Source: Nitrospirales bacterium
GTDB taxonomy: Bacteria > Nitrospirota > Nitrospiria > Nitrospirales > UBA8639
Assembly (NCBI GenBank): GCA_965203295.1
Contig: CBDBCZ010000019.1
Span: forward strand, 960,001-1,024,000
Reading direction: 5' to 3'
DNA length: 64,000 bases
Shown here: positions 51,521 to 61,714 of the stretch, piece by piece
How positions within the stretch are numbered: position 1 is the stretch's first letter
Layout of the letters: every line of letters starts with the position of its first letter
Notes under the pieces: generated by a model
Seen by the model: the letters and a program-made list of their open reading frames with translations, nothing else
Told to the model about the DNA's origin: nothing
Database searches by the model: none
Translations under genes and position numbers: made by a program

Positions 51521-52771
51521 ATGGTTGAGGGAGCATTGGTGTTTAAGGGAAAACACATCATTCTTGGTGTCACGGGGAGTATCGCCGGCTACAAAGCAAT
51601 TAGCCTTCTGCGAACATTGATCCAAGAAGGAGCTGAAGTCACCGTGGTGATGACGGAAGCTGCCACGCGGTTTGTGGCTCCGTTGACATTTGAAGTATTG
51701 TCCCAAAAACAGGTCCTGACCAATCTTTTCACTCCTTCTGATTCGATGCCGCACCTGACTCTTCCCGAAAGGGCTGATCTGTTGGTTATTGCCCCGGCCA
51801 CAGCTAATATCCTGGCCAAGTGTGCCCTTGGGTTAGCCGATGATCTGCTGAGTACCATGGTGCTCACTGCAAAATGCCCTTTGGTTGCGGTACCTGCTAT
51901 GGACGGGGGAATGTGGCATCATCCTACAGTGGTTGACCATGTCCGTATTTTACGAGAACGAGGGATGAAGGTGCTTGATCCCGAAGATGGCCCCCTTGCC
52001 TCGGGGCATGTCGGTGTCGGTCGATTTCCGGCAGAAAATATGATTGTGGATGCGTTGCGCGCACGGTTAATAGCTCGTCGAGATTGGGAAGGGCATAGGG
52101 TTCTAGTATCAGCCGGACCCACGCGTGAGCCTATTGACGAGGTCAGGTTCCTTTCCAACCCTTCAACCGGGAAAATGGGGTATGCGATGGCTCGGGCAGC
52201 CCTTGATCGAGGAGCTGAAGTCGTGCTGGTCAGTGGTCCTACGGCCTTATCAGATCCTCCAGGAATCGAAGTGATATGCGTGAAGACTGCTGAGGAGATG
52301 CACCAGGCTCTCGCAGAAAAACTTCCCTGGACGACGGTTCTTATCATGGCCGCCGCTGTGGGAGATTGGCAACCGCGCCACCCGGCTTCAGGCAAGCTGA
52401 AAAAGCTAAAATGGAAGGGAAACTCTTTGGAATTGAAACCCACAGTGGATATCCTTGAGGCACTTAGTCGACAACGGACCCATCAGATTATGGTTGGATT
52501 TGCGGCTGAGACCGAGAATTTGGTGGAAAATGGGACTGAAAAACTCAAAAGAAAACAATTAGATCTTCTTGTTGCCAATATAGTGGGAGGCGCGAACTCC
52601 GCGTTTGGAAATGATGAGAATGCCGTCATGATTTTGAAGCATGGTGAACCCCCAGTTCCTCTTGAGCGAATGCCTAAACGTCAATTGGCAGACTGTATTT
52701 TGGACCACGTGTTATCTTGTCAACCTAAAGGTAACGTGTTAGCAGACCATCCCTCCCAACGAGTCGGGTAG
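51521..52771 (+). CDS. coaBC: Bifunctional PPC decarboxylase/synthetase
   Basis: GVTGSIAGYK, APATAN, AGPTREPID.VRFLSN.STGKMG, GFAAET. Confidence 0.95.
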   Translation: MVEGALVFKGKHIILGVTGSIAGYKAISLLRTLIQEGAEVTVVMTEAATRFVAPLTFEVLSQKQVLTNLFTPSDSMPHLTLPERADLLVIAPATANILAKCALGLADDLLSTMVLTAKCPLVAVPAMDGGMWHHPTVVDHVRILRERGMKVLDPEDGPLASGHVGVGRFPAENMIVDALRARLIARRDWEGHRVLVSAGPTREPIDEVRFLSNPSTGKMGYAMARAALDRGAEVVLVSGPTALSDPPGIEVICVKTAEEMHQALAEKLPWTTVLIMAAAVGDWQPRHPASGKLKKLKWKGNSLELKPTVDILEALSRQRTHQIMVGFAAETENLVENGTEKLKRKQLDLLVANIVGGANSAFGNDENAVMILKHGEPPVPLERMPKRQLADCILDHVLSCQPKGNVLADHPSQRVG

Positions 52772-52956
52772 CAGGATGTAAGCAACTTTCACTGTCCTCC
52801 TCCTTGTTGTACAAACCCTAAACATTTATCGCAAATCAGCAGCTTACGTTTTTCAAAGCCTGCTTGACATCCATCGCGTATGAGAACAGTTCCTATTGCG
52901 TTGACTTCCCATTCGCAGATTGATGTGACGATTTCTCAATCTGACCGAGCTTTCCT

Positions 52957-52994
52957 ATCATTCTTCTTCATCAAATCATTCTTCTTCATCAAAT
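52957..52994. repeat. 18-bp perfect tandem duplication
   Basis: ATCATTCTTCTTCATCAA twice (52957-52974, 52975-52992). Confidence 0.85.
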
Positions 52995-53207
52995 TTTGGA
53001 TTGGCTGACAATTGGATTACCTCTATGACCTCTACAAGTCTCCGAATAGGACTTTATTCTGTTAAAATAAAATGATATTGGCAAAATTGCTCATGAGTGT
53101 TCTTTGACTGCATTCTTGAAAACAGGTAGCGGGAACGAGGAGGATGAGATCGTCACTGACTGATTGTTGGAAGGGAGTTGGAGTCCATTTTTGGGGGAGG
53201 AAAGTGT

Positions 53208-54065
53208 ATGAACATGCGGTGTTTTCTAGGAGTATTGGTTGGGCTATGGGTCGCGAACCTCACGGTGGTGGGGAAGCATGTGGGTACTATGTCCTTTGTG
53301 GAGGCAAACATTTTTTCAGAATCCCAAGTTGTCGAGAAAGGTGGGACAACCATGATTCTCATTCCCGCAGGACCCTTTCCCATGGGGGTTCCTGAAGAGG
53401 CGCGGGATGGTGGGATAGATGAACGCCCCAATCATACTGTAGACCTTGACGCCTATTATATCGATAAATATGAAGTGACCAACGGCGGATATTTAGAGTT
53501 TATCCGGTCTACCGGTCATCGTGTCCCTAAGCATCCCACCGATCCAGCCAAAAACCTATGGCAGGATGGCATGATGCCCGAATCAATTGAGCCACTTCCG
53601 GTGATCAATGTGGATTGGTTTGATGCTATGGCATATTGCACTTGGGCTGGCAAACGCTTACCAACTGAAGCGGAATGGGAAAAGGCGGCAAAAGGGAATA
53701 ATGATTGGCGATTCCCTTGGGGGGATGTCGAACCCACCCATAAACATTTGAATTTTAATCGGACATGGCAAGGTGAAAAGACGTTAGTCCCTGTCGGAAT
53801 CTATGAAGCGGGCAAAAGTCCTTATGGGGTATACGACATGGCGGGAAATGTGTGGGAGTGGGTGCATGATTGGTACGACCCAAGCTACTACGCCAAGAGC
53901 CCCTCTCGAAATCCTAAAGGTCTTGAAACCGGAACCCACCGTGTGTTGCGTAGTTCAGGATGGCAGGTCGAGACGCCTCAGGTCAGAATTTTCACAAGGG
54001 TGAAGAGCGATCCCTATGACCGAAATCATTCAACCGGGTTTCGCTGCGCGGCCGACATCCCATGA
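53208..54065 (+). CDS. Formylglycine-generating enzyme (FGE-sulfatase/SUMF1) family protein
   Basis: YEVTN, PVINVDW, RLPTEAEWEKAA, DMAGNVWEW, GFRCA; GGAGG RBS. Confidence 0.9.
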   Translation: MNMRCFLGVLVGLWVANLTVVGKHVGTMSFVEANIFSESQVVEKGGTTMILIPAGPFPMGVPEEARDGGIDERPNHTVDLDAYYIDKYEVTNGGYLEFIRSTGHRVPKHPTDPAKNLWQDGMMPESIEPLPVINVDWFDAMAYCTWAGKRLPTEAEWEKAAKGNNDWRFPWGDVEPTHKHLNFNRTWQGEKTLVPVGIYEAGKSPYGVYDMAGNVWEWVHDWYDPSYYAKSPSRNPKGLETGTHRVLRSSGWQVETPQVRIFTRVKSDPYDRNHSTGFRCAADIP

Positions 54066-54132
54066 GCTTGCTGGGGAACATAACTCAGGAAAGCATTTGG
54101 GTGCCTATGAAGAGACAAAGAGGGAGAAGAGA

Positions 54133-54576
54133 ATGGGATTCAAGAAATTAGGGATATACCTATGGCTGTTGATTGCTGTCCACGGGGGCTTGTTCTCCTG
54201 TGTCAGTACTGAAAAAACGACCACGGAAGGGGAATTCGATAAACTTCCTATTCAAACTCTTCCCTCCCCTGATCTAGCTGGGGTGTGGCAATACGAAGGT
54301 GACAATGTGGTGGTGTATATGTTGACGTTAGATCATCAAGGAAATGGGACCTATGATTGGCAGGGAGGTCTTTTTGAAACCATCAGTTTGTCCAATGGAA
54401 AATGGAGAGGAATCTGGCGTCAGAATGGAAACGATCGAGAGTGTGGGTTTGAGGCGCAATTATCCCCCGACTTCACGTCGGCCACCGGATGGTGGTGGTA
54501 TACACGAATTGGAGATAACAAGGACCCTCTTCTGCCTGGTGGTAATTTTTCATTCAGCAGACCTTCAAATCAATGA
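54133..54576 (+). CDS. Hypothetical lipoprotein (beta-rich)
   Basis: GGAG RBS; signal peptide ending LFSC; DLAGVWQY. Confidence 0.7.
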   Translation: MGFKKLGIYLWLLIAVHGGLFSCVSTEKTTTEGEFDKLPIQTLPSPDLAGVWQYEGDNVVVYMLTLDHQGNGTYDWQGGLFETISLSNGKWRGIWRQNGNDRECGFEAQLSPDFTSATGWWWYTRIGDNKDPLLPGGNFSFSRPSNQ

Positions 54577-54626
54577 TGGGCTCGAATAATCGTGCATCAC
54601 CAAATAATGGAGTTTATAAAGCTCCA

Positions 54627-57047
54627 TTAATTGCGACAAAGGGCTTCGTGGGTTGTTGGTTTGGGTTCGAGCCATGGGAAGGGTTGGCTCTCCTGCCCAA
54701 CCAAAGCTGCAACCAAGACTTCGTCAAGAGTCTCAGCGAAAATAAAGGAAAGTTCGTGTCGGACTTCTTCAGGGATTTCTTTGAGGTCCTTTTTGTTCCC
54801 TTTGGGGAGCAGTATTCTGATAATCCCTCTTCGGTGTGCCGCTAGAACTTTTTCCTTGATTCCTCCAACCGGAAGTACTAATCCGCTGAGGCTTATTTCT
54901 CCAGTCATCGCTGTGTCTTGACGGACTTTGCGGCCCAAAAGTGTTGAGGCCAGAGCGGCGACGATTGTCACTCCCGCTGAAGGTCCATCTTTAGGGATTG
55001 CTCCTTCTGGAATATGAATATGGATGCCATTCTTCTTGAAGAGGTGAGTATTCAGACCCATTCGCTCGACTCGGGCCCAAAGGTAACTCCTGGCTGCTTG
55101 AGCAGATTCTTGCATGACATCACTCAGTTGTCCGGTCAAGGTAAGGTCATTTCCTCCAGGGAGAAGAGAGGATTCAACGTACAAGACATCTCCCCCGGTT
55201 TCGGTCCAAGCCAAGCCTGTTGCCACCCCAATGGGCAGCTCTTTTCGCTTTTCCTCTGGTATAAATCGTTCAGTTCCCAACCACTCAATGACTTCGTTTT
55301 CTTGGATGATAAGTGGATGTTGTGATTCTAAGCTAGATTGTTCGGCAAGTTTGAGAGCCACTTTTCGAGTGAGACTTCCCAGCATTTGCTCTAGTTGCCG
55401 AACGGCCGCCTCCCGAGTGAACCGAGAAATGATGTGACGTAAAACGCCTTCTCCTAGGCTGATGTGTTGGGAGGTCAATCCAGCTTCTTGGAGTCTTCGA
55501 GGCCACAAATAGCGATCGGCAATTGCCTGTTTCTCGAATAAGGTGTATCCAGGCAGATGAATAACCTCCATTCGGTCTAAGAGTGGACGAGAAATAGAAT
55601 CCAAGCCGTTCGCCGTCGTAATAAACAGAACCCTCGAAAGGTCGAAGAGAACATCAAGATAGTTATCACGGAACGTATGGTTTTGAGAGGGATCCAAAAT
55701 TTCCAGCAATGCTGAGGAGGGATCACCTTTGAAATCACGACCGATCTTATCGACTTCATCAAACATGAGGACTGGGTTATTTGATCCCGCCCTGCGAAGA
55801 GCTTGGATGATGCGTCCAGGCATGGCTCCTATATAAGTGCGTCGATGGCCTCGAAGTTCGGCTTCATCATGTAAACCGCCAAAACTAATCCGTTCAAACT
55901 TTTGTCCTAAGGCACGAGCAATGGATTGGCCAAGACTGGTTTTCCCGACGCCAGGCTGGCCGACCAAGCACAAGATAGGAGCTTTGGCAGAAGGATTAAG
56001 TTTGAGGACTGCCAGGTGTTCAAGGATTCGTTCCTTCACATCCTGAATTCCATAATGATCTTTGTCCAGGACTTCACGAACATTTGGAAGATCAAGAGAG
56101 TCGGGTGTCGTATGACTCCATGGAAGCTCAAGGAGCAGTTCCAAATAACTCCGTATCACCTGATGGTCTGGTGCAACTGGAGAAAGTTTGGCAAGCCGTT
56201 TCACTTCTCGAACAGCCTCGGTACGAACGTGGTCAGGAAGATCAGCGTCCTCAATGCGCTGCTTAAGATACCCAACTTCACTGCCCTCACTGTCCTCTTC
56301 GTCGAGTTCTTGTTGAATCTCCTTGAGTTGCTGCCGAAGGAAGTATTCGCGCTGAGATTTTCCGATCTCGGCTTGAGCCTGGGTCGCAATCTCATTGCGG
56401 AGTTTGAGGATTTGCAACTCATGGGAGAGCGCGGCATACACTTGACGAGGAAATTCCAATTGAGTGGGGAGTTCAAGCAAGGCTTGGAGTCGCTCAGTCG
56501 TCAAGTTCAGGAGAGGCGTCATTTTGTAAGCAATAGATAATGGGTTGTGATCTGCACGTAGGGCTGCCACAACCTCTGAAAATCCCTGGGAAGCAATCAA
56601 CTCCGGGAGCTGGGCAACCAAATCCAATAGAGCACGATGAAGGGCTTCGACTTCCGGACCCGGATCTGCTTCTAGAGGAAATCGTCTGACTCGAGCAAGG
56701 AGGAAAGGATCGTGTTGTTCTAACTTGAGCAAGACAAAGCGTTCAATCCCTTGAATGAGGACATGAAGATGGCCCTCTGAGGTTTTCCCCATTTGTTTAA
56801 TCACAGCTTTCGTGCCAATTTGATACAAATCCTCCAACGTAGGATTGAGTTGTTCGGAATCTCGTTGGGCCGTGATAAAAAGTTCCTTATCTTCCGTCTC
56901 CATCGCTGATTGAACAGCCGCAATTGAAGAGGGACGTCCAATTGTCAAAGGGATCATGGTTTCCGGAAAAATGACTGTGCGCTTGGCCGGAAGTACAGAG
57001 AACGTTGTAATAGGGAATTCTTCACTCATAGAGCACCCGGAGAGCAT
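54627..57047 (-). CDS. lon: ATP-dependent protease La
   Basis: [55 protein letters not shown]; start may be ATG 57029. Confidence 0.95.
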   Translation of the reverse strand: MLSGCSMSEEFPITTFSVLPAKRTVIFPETMIPLTIGRPSSIAAVQSAMETEDKELFITAQRDSEQLNPTLEDLYQIGTKAVIKQMGKTSEGHLHVLIQGIERFVLLKLEQHDPFLLARVRRFPLEADPGPEVEALHRALLDLVAQLPELIASQGFSEVVAALRADHNPLSIAYKMTPLLNLTTERLQALLELPTQLEFPRQVYAALSHELQILKLRNEIATQAQAEIGKSQREYFLRQQLKEIQQELDEEDSEGSEVGYLKQRIEDADLPDHVRTEAVREVKRLAKLSPVAPDHQVIRSYLELLLELPWSHTTPDSLDLPNVREVLDKDHYGIQDVKERILEHLAVLKLNPSAKAPILCLVGQPGVGKTSLGQSIARALGQKFERISFGGLHDEAELRGHRRTYIGAMPGRIIQALRRAGSNNPVLMFDEVDKIGRDFKGDPSSALLEILDPSQNHTFRDNYLDVLFDLSRVLFITTANGLDSISRPLLDRMEVIHLPGYTLFEKQAIADRYLWPRRLQEAGLTSQHISLGEGVLRHIISRFTREAAVRQLEQMLGSLTRKVALKLAEQSSLESQHPLIIQENEVIEWLGTERFIPEEKRKELPIGVATGLAWTETGGDVLYVESSLLPGGNDLTLTGQLSDVMQESAQAARSYLWARVERMGLNTHLFKKNGIHIHIPEGAIPKDGPSAGVTIVAALASTLLGRKVRQDTAMTGEISLSGLVLPVGGIKEKVLAAHRRGIIRILLPKGNKKDLKEIPEEVRHELSFIFAETLDEVLVAALVGQESQPFPWLEPKPTTHEALCRN

Positions 57048-57378
57048 TAAACCTTTCAGTATTTGGCTTTTTTAAACCCATGGCTCAATAGGTCGAGTTT
57101 TACAGATATCCATGATTTCCCATGATTCAACAGGGATTCTTGACCTGTTTGGAATACGAATCCTAGAAAAGAAAATCTCTTTGTTATAACCTTCCAAAAA
57201 ATTTTGCTCATTTATTTTCTTGAATTGAAGCCTGTTTTTGTTTACATTTTAGGAACAATGTTGGGATTTTCAGTATCTTCCCGGGAATCTGTTTATTGAC
57301 TTAATATGTTCGTGAGATTAGTCTTTAAGAGGGTGACCGCTTTGACCGAATAGGTTGGAGAAGATGAGGTATTCATAA

Positions 57379-59079
57379 ATGATTGTTCTGACTCGGAATT
57401 TTAGGAATTTGTTCCTTCTTTTGGGAGTGACAATTGCCATTGGAACGGGGGGCACCATTTTTGGTCAGTATGGCGACTTGGCTCAAGCGGCTACGAGCGT
57501 TCAAGTTGATCCTCGGTTAACTGATTCAGAGGTAGGCCCATCCTCATTGACGTTTTTCCCAGTCACCCAAAAAGGTCACTACGCTTCCGGCCAATTTCCT
57601 CCATCTCAAAGTCGATCTTGGGATAGTTTAGTTCCTAGCTTCAATCACGTTCCCTTCAACCAAGGGAGTTCTCTTGGAGGAGGCACTCGTGTTTTCCGGC
57701 AGTGGTCTGATGTTGAAGCCGACACGTTCCTGTTGCGATTTAAGAAGCTTTTTACCAGTTCAGCGCATGCCGATACGAATGAAACAGAAGCCCTTCCGCC
57801 CTATAGCGAGATTTCTATCGTCCTTGCTCCGGCAGTGGAACACAATATCCGATATTTTCAAACTGGAATTCCTGATAGATTCCAAGAATGGTTGACACGT
57901 TTTTACCGATATCAGCCACTGGTCGAGGCAATTTTCCAGGAATTTGATCTTCCCCAAGAGCTCATCTATTTATCTTTGGTCGAGAGTGGATTTAATCCAA
58001 TGGCGTATTCTCGAGCCCGAGCGGCTGGACCATGGCAGTTTATGAAAGGGACGGGCCGTCAATACGGGTTGAAGGTTAATTGGTATGTTGATGAGCGAAG
58101 GGATCCAATCAAATCAACCGTCGCAGCTGCTCAACACCTGCGTGACCTCTATGACCAGTTCGGGACCTGGCCTTTGGCCATGGCTGCCTATAATGCTGGT
58201 GCTGGTAAGATTACTCGGGCTATCAAGAAATCCCGTAGTCAGGACTATTGGAAAATTCGGAAGACCCGGTATATTCGCCGAGAAACGAAAGATTACGTTC
58301 CACGATTTATGGCAGCTGCAATTATTGCCATGAACCCAACCTTATTTGGTTTCACTCGCGAGGAAGTCCAGGTCCATGGATATGACGAGGTTCCGATTCA
58401 AAACACTGTGCATTTGCGATCCGTGGCCAAAAAGACAGGGATCACCTATGAAGAGCTAAGACGGTTAAACCCTGAATTGCGCCGGAGTATTATCCCTGGG
58501 AATCGCAGTGGGTATTATCTCAAGGTGCCGACAGGAAAGGGGCCATGGGTGGAAGAAGTCAAGAACCAAGTCCCGTTGTGGACTCAACCGCCTCCGACTT
58601 CACGACAATGGTACCGGGTTCGATGGGGTGATAGCTTATCAGTGATTGCCAATCGTTTTGGATTGAGTGTGGGAAAATTGAAACGCTTAAACCACTTATC
58701 GGGAAACATGATTCGAGTTGGTGCCCGCTTGCAAGTGAGTGAAGGAACACCGGATGTGATCAATTTCACCTGGTATCGGGTCCGAACTGGAGACAGCTTG
58801 TCAGTGATTGCTGCTCGTTTTGGCATGAGCCTCTCCAGCCTGAAAGGGATCAACAATCTGTCAGGCAATATGATTCGAGCGGGAGACCGTTTGCGAGTCA
58901 GCGAACAAGATCTCTCTGGTGCGCTTGAAAGAGAAGTAAAATGGTATCTTGTGCGGCGAGGTGATAGCCTTTGGAGAATTGCCAAACGATTTCGGATGAC
59001 CGTCATGGACTTAAAAGCTCTTAACAATTTAAGGAGTAGTGTGATTAGGGCCGGTCGCCTCCTCCTTATTAGTCCTTAA
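57379..59079 (+). CDS. mltD: MltD-like lytic transglycosylase with LysM repeats
   Basis: VESGF, AAGPWQFM, DERRDP, AAYNAG, ETKDYVP; three clear C-terminal LysM repeats (YRVR.GDSL..IA). Confidence 0.9.
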   Translation: MIVLTRNFRNLFLLLGVTIAIGTGGTIFGQYGDLAQAATSVQVDPRLTDSEVGPSSLTFFPVTQKGHYASGQFPPSQSRSWDSLVPSFNHVPFNQGSSLGGGTRVFRQWSDVEADTFLLRFKKLFTSSAHADTNETEALPPYSEISIVLAPAVEHNIRYFQTGIPDRFQEWLTRFYRYQPLVEAIFQEFDLPQELIYLSLVESGFNPMAYSRARAAGPWQFMKGTGRQYGLKVNWYVDERRDPIKSTVAAAQHLRDLYDQFGTWPLAMAAYNAGAGKITRAIKKSRSQDYWKIRKTRYIRRETKDYVPRFMAAAIIAMNPTLFGFTREEVQVHGYDEVPIQNTVHLRSVAKKTGITYEELRRLNPELRRSIIPGNRSGYYLKVPTGKGPWVEEVKNQVPLWTQPPPTSRQWYRVRWGDSLSVIANRFGLSVGKLKRLNHLSGNMIRVGARLQVSEGTPDVINFTWYRVRTGDSLSVIAARFGMSLSSLKGINNLSGNMIRAGDRLRVSEQDLSGALEREVKWYLVRRGDSLWRIAKRFRMTVMDLKALNNLRSSVIRAGRLLLISP

Positions 59080-59139
59080 TTTTCCTTGGGAGCAGGGCTG
59101 TCTTCAGGTGCCGAAGACGTAGACGAACTCGGCACGTTT

Positions 59140-59889
59140 TCAGTTCCCCCCCTCAGGTTCTTCACTTTCAATACTTTTCTGGCTTTCAGGATCAAGCGCA
59201 TTGACCCGAATTCTGGCTTCTCCAAGAAAGGGGGAGGCAGGAAATTCAGTTATCAGCTTTTTGTAATGCGCTAAGGCTTGGTCACGCTTTTCTCCTCCCT
59301 CTTCGATTTTGGCTATTTCAAAGAGTGCCTGATCCTTATTCAGGGATTTGGGAGATGCCAATACCTTGGAGAAGGCGTCCAACGCTTTCCCTTCTTCACC
59401 ATTCATGAGGTAAGCGTATCCTAATCGTTGATACACCAGACCAAGCAAAAATTTATTTTGACCATAATGGTCAATGTAACGTTGGTAGGATTCGATGGCA
59501 TCCTTAATCTCATTCTGGTCCACTAAGGCATTGCCGATAAAATAATTCGCAAGTTCGGCACTTGTCGTATTGGGAAACTCTTCAAGAATGTTTCTATAGA
59601 GTGCAATGGCCTGATCCAGATGTTCTTTGATTTTCTCTGGGTCATCAAGAGGACGATCGATGTAAAGCTTGGCAGCCTGGGCCTGGAGTTCCCAGGCCTG
59701 TTCTTCCTGGGATTGTCCATGCCATATGAGTAAGCCAAGGCCTAGAGCAGACACGCAAAGTAGACCCAATCCTCCTAGAACCGCTCCACGATGCTTTTCC
59801 GCCGAGAACCAAAAATGTTCCCACCGAGATAGCAAGTGAGTCTCGTCCATTGGGATGGGTTTTGAATAGTCTCTGAGTTTAAATCCCAT
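59140..59889 (-). CDS. Membrane-anchored TPR protein (YfgM/CpoB-like)
   Basis: Single TM followed by TPR-like helices (A...Y..I...FP). Confidence 0.8.
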   Translation of the reverse strand: MGFKLRDYSKPIPMDETHLLSRWEHFWFSAEKHRGAVLGGLGLLCVSALGLGLLIWHGQSQEEQAWELQAQAAKLYIDRPLDDPEKIKEHLDQAIALYRNILEEFPNTTSAELANYFIGNALVDQNEIKDAIESYQRYIDHYGQNKFLLGLVYQRLGYAYLMNGEEGKALDAFSKVLASPKSLNKDQALFEIAKIEEGGEKRDQALAHYKKLITEFPASPFLGEARIRVNALDPESQKSIESEEPEGGN

Positions 59890-60099
59890 TATTGAAGAGT
59901 GGTCTCTCGATCATGTTGCCTTCAGCTTGGTGGCCTCGGGCCTTATACCTACCTGTATGCTGGTTGTCAATTGGAGTGATCGCCCGGTCATGCATGAACG
60001 AGCTAGACAGTTCATCGGAAAAAATGTTTAATAAAATACCAGCAAATCTAGAGCGAACAGTATAATAAGAAGAAACACGTAGCAAGCTAGGGTAGCAGG

Positions 60100-60127
60100 T
60101 TGACAACCCGTCTCTGGTTGATATAAT
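60100..60127 (+). promoter_or_regulatory. Consensus sigma70 promoter of the tRNA operon
   Basis: TTGACA-16-TATAAT, 26 bp before tRNA-Val. Confidence 0.85.
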
Positions 60128-60153
60128 AAAAAACCCAATAAATTTGAAAAGAT

Positions 60154-60229
60154 AGGCGGGTAGCTCAGTTGGGAGAGCGCTGCCCTTACAAGGCAGAGGT
60201 CGCAGGTTCAAGCCCTGTTCCGCCTACCA
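60154..60229 (+). tRNA. tRNA-Val(TAC)
   Basis: AGGCGGG/TCCGCCT acceptor; CTGCC-CTTACAA-GGCAG anticodon arm; GCAGG-TTCAAGC-CCTGT T arm; CCA. Confidence 0.97.
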
Positions 60230-60363
60230 CTCTAATTAAAGTATCTTAATCAATGCATGAGGAGGTTTCTCAGGTTGATATTATTGAGGGGAAGATCGTT
60301 CGGAAAACCTTCCCTTTCCACTATTCGTCGTTGATGTCAATTACGCCCAGTCTTTGAATGTGT

Positions 60364-60442
60364 GGGGCCGTCGTTCAGTCAGGTTTAGGACGCCAGATTG
60401 TCAATCTGGAGGTCGCGGGTTCAAATCCCGTCGGCCCCGCCA
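60364..60442 (+). tRNA. tRNA-Asp(GTC)
   Basis: GGGGCCG/CGGCCCC acceptor; CCAGA-TTGTCAA-TCTGG anticodon arm; GCGGG-TTCAAAT-CCCGT T arm; GCCA. Confidence 0.97.
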
Positions 60443-60530
60443 CCCTCTTCCCTAGTGAGTTTAGGTTGTTCTTACCTGTTTTGGGAAAAATTCCTCCATA
60501 TTCTCCTCGATAAGATATCAATGAAAGGCT

Positions 60531-61274
60531 TTGGAAGTCTCCAGAATTAAAAAGATGTTTACTGGCGATATAGCAGAGCTTTTTGGGTCTCTTGGGGCGA
60601 TTTCCATCGTTGTACTGTTCATTCTTTTTTCATTCTCCCTGTTTTCATGGGGAATCATTGTTTACAAATGGAAATTTTTCAAGCGTGGAGATAACGAAGA
60701 AAGGGAGTTCTTAGAATGTTATGATCAGAATCCTTTGGAGTTTCGAAAACTCAGAATGTTGGCCAAAGAGCTCCCTGCCAGTCCTAGTGCAGCAGTTTTT
60801 TTAGGGGTTTGCGAAAGAATAAACCCTGATGAAGGCATGCCTTGGAATAAACCCATGGAGGTGGGGATTGGGAATGGCCGAGCTTCTCAACGTGATTACT
60901 TAGAAAAGGTGGTTCAATTCATCGTGCAGAATCACATAAGTTCCCTGGAAGCCTATCTTCCCTTCCTTGCGACAACAGGGAGCATCACTCCGTTCATTGG
61001 GTTACTCGGCACAGTCCTTGGCATCATCAATGCCTTTCAGGAAATTGGTCTCCAGGGAACAGCGAGTCTCACGGTTGTGGCTCCTGGGGTCGCTGAAGCC
61101 CTCGTGTCGACTGCGGCTGGGCTTTTTGCGGCTATTCCGGCGGTGGTGGGTTATAATTATTTTTTGACGCGTATTCGAAAAACCGTCTTTCGAGTTGAAG
61201 CGTTCAGCATCGAATTTCTGAATGCCCTCATGGAGAAATCTGAGGAATCCAGTGAGGTGGAAATCATCCGATGA
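60531..61274 (+). CDS. tolQ: TolQ (MotA/TolQ/ExbB family)
   Basis: LATTGSITPFIGLLGTV.GI, VAPGVAEAL..TAAGL..AIPA; start may be ATG 60555. Confidence 0.9.
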   Translation: MEVSRIKKMFTGDIAELFGSLGAISIVVLFILFSFSLFSWGIIVYKWKFFKRGDNEEREFLECYDQNPLEFRKLRMLAKELPASPSAAVFLGVCERINPDEGMPWNKPMEVGIGNGRASQRDYLEKVVQFIVQNHISSLEAYLPFLATTGSITPFIGLLGTVLGIINAFQEIGLQGTASLTVVAPGVAEALVSTAAGLFAAIPAVVGYNYFLTRIRKTVFRVEAFSIEFLNALMEKSEESSEVEIIR

Positions 61275-61699
61275 TGGTTGATCGTGGGTCCCGTCGTTTT
61301 CTTTCCGAGATCAATGTTGTTCCGTTAGTTGATGTCGTATTGGTGTTATTGATTATTTTTATGGTGACGGCGCCTATGCTGCATCGAGGGATTGATCTGA
61401 CATTGCCGACGTCAGAGTCCAATTCTATTACTCCCGAGGAGCGTTTGGTCGTGACCATTGAACGAGATCAGAAGATGTTTTTGGAAAAAGATCAGGTGAC
61501 GATCATAGGACTACGACAGAAGCTTCAACAAGCCAAGAGTCGCAATCCTGGGGTCTCTGTCTATCTGAGGTCGGATCGTGGCGTTCCCTATGGTCGGGTC
61601 GTTCAAGTCATGGATCAGATCAAAGGTGCGGGGATTGACAAGCTCGGGATGGTCACCAATCCTGGTCAATTTGAAGAAGAAACGGTTTCCCTTCAGTAG
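61271..61699 (+). CDS. tolR: TolR (ExbD/TolR family)
   Basis: EINVVPLVDVVLVLLIIFMVTAP; D..VPYG.VV.VMD. Confidence 0.92.
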   Translation: MMVDRGSRRFLSEINVVPLVDVVLVLLIIFMVTAPMLHRGIDLTLPTSESNSITPEERLVVTIERDQKMFLEKDQVTIIGLRQKLQQAKSRNPGVSVYLRSDRGVPYGRVVQVMDQIKGAGIDKLGMVTNPGQFEEETVSLQ

Positions 61700-61714
61700 G
61701 CAATCCTTTGGAAA

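Noticed and set aside
55926..56540. Long antisense ORFs (this one, 51919..52443, 28724..29209, 1..264 and others)
   Set aside because: Shadows of well-supported genes on the opposite strand, with no RBS or recognisable motifs.
58610..59070. DNA repeats in mltD (and at 34245/34928 in the NHL gene)
   Set aside because: Explained by LysM and NHL protein repeats.
60154..60442. tRNA-targeted integrative element
   Set aside because: No duplicated tRNA 3' end and no integrase; the flanks are housekeeping genes.
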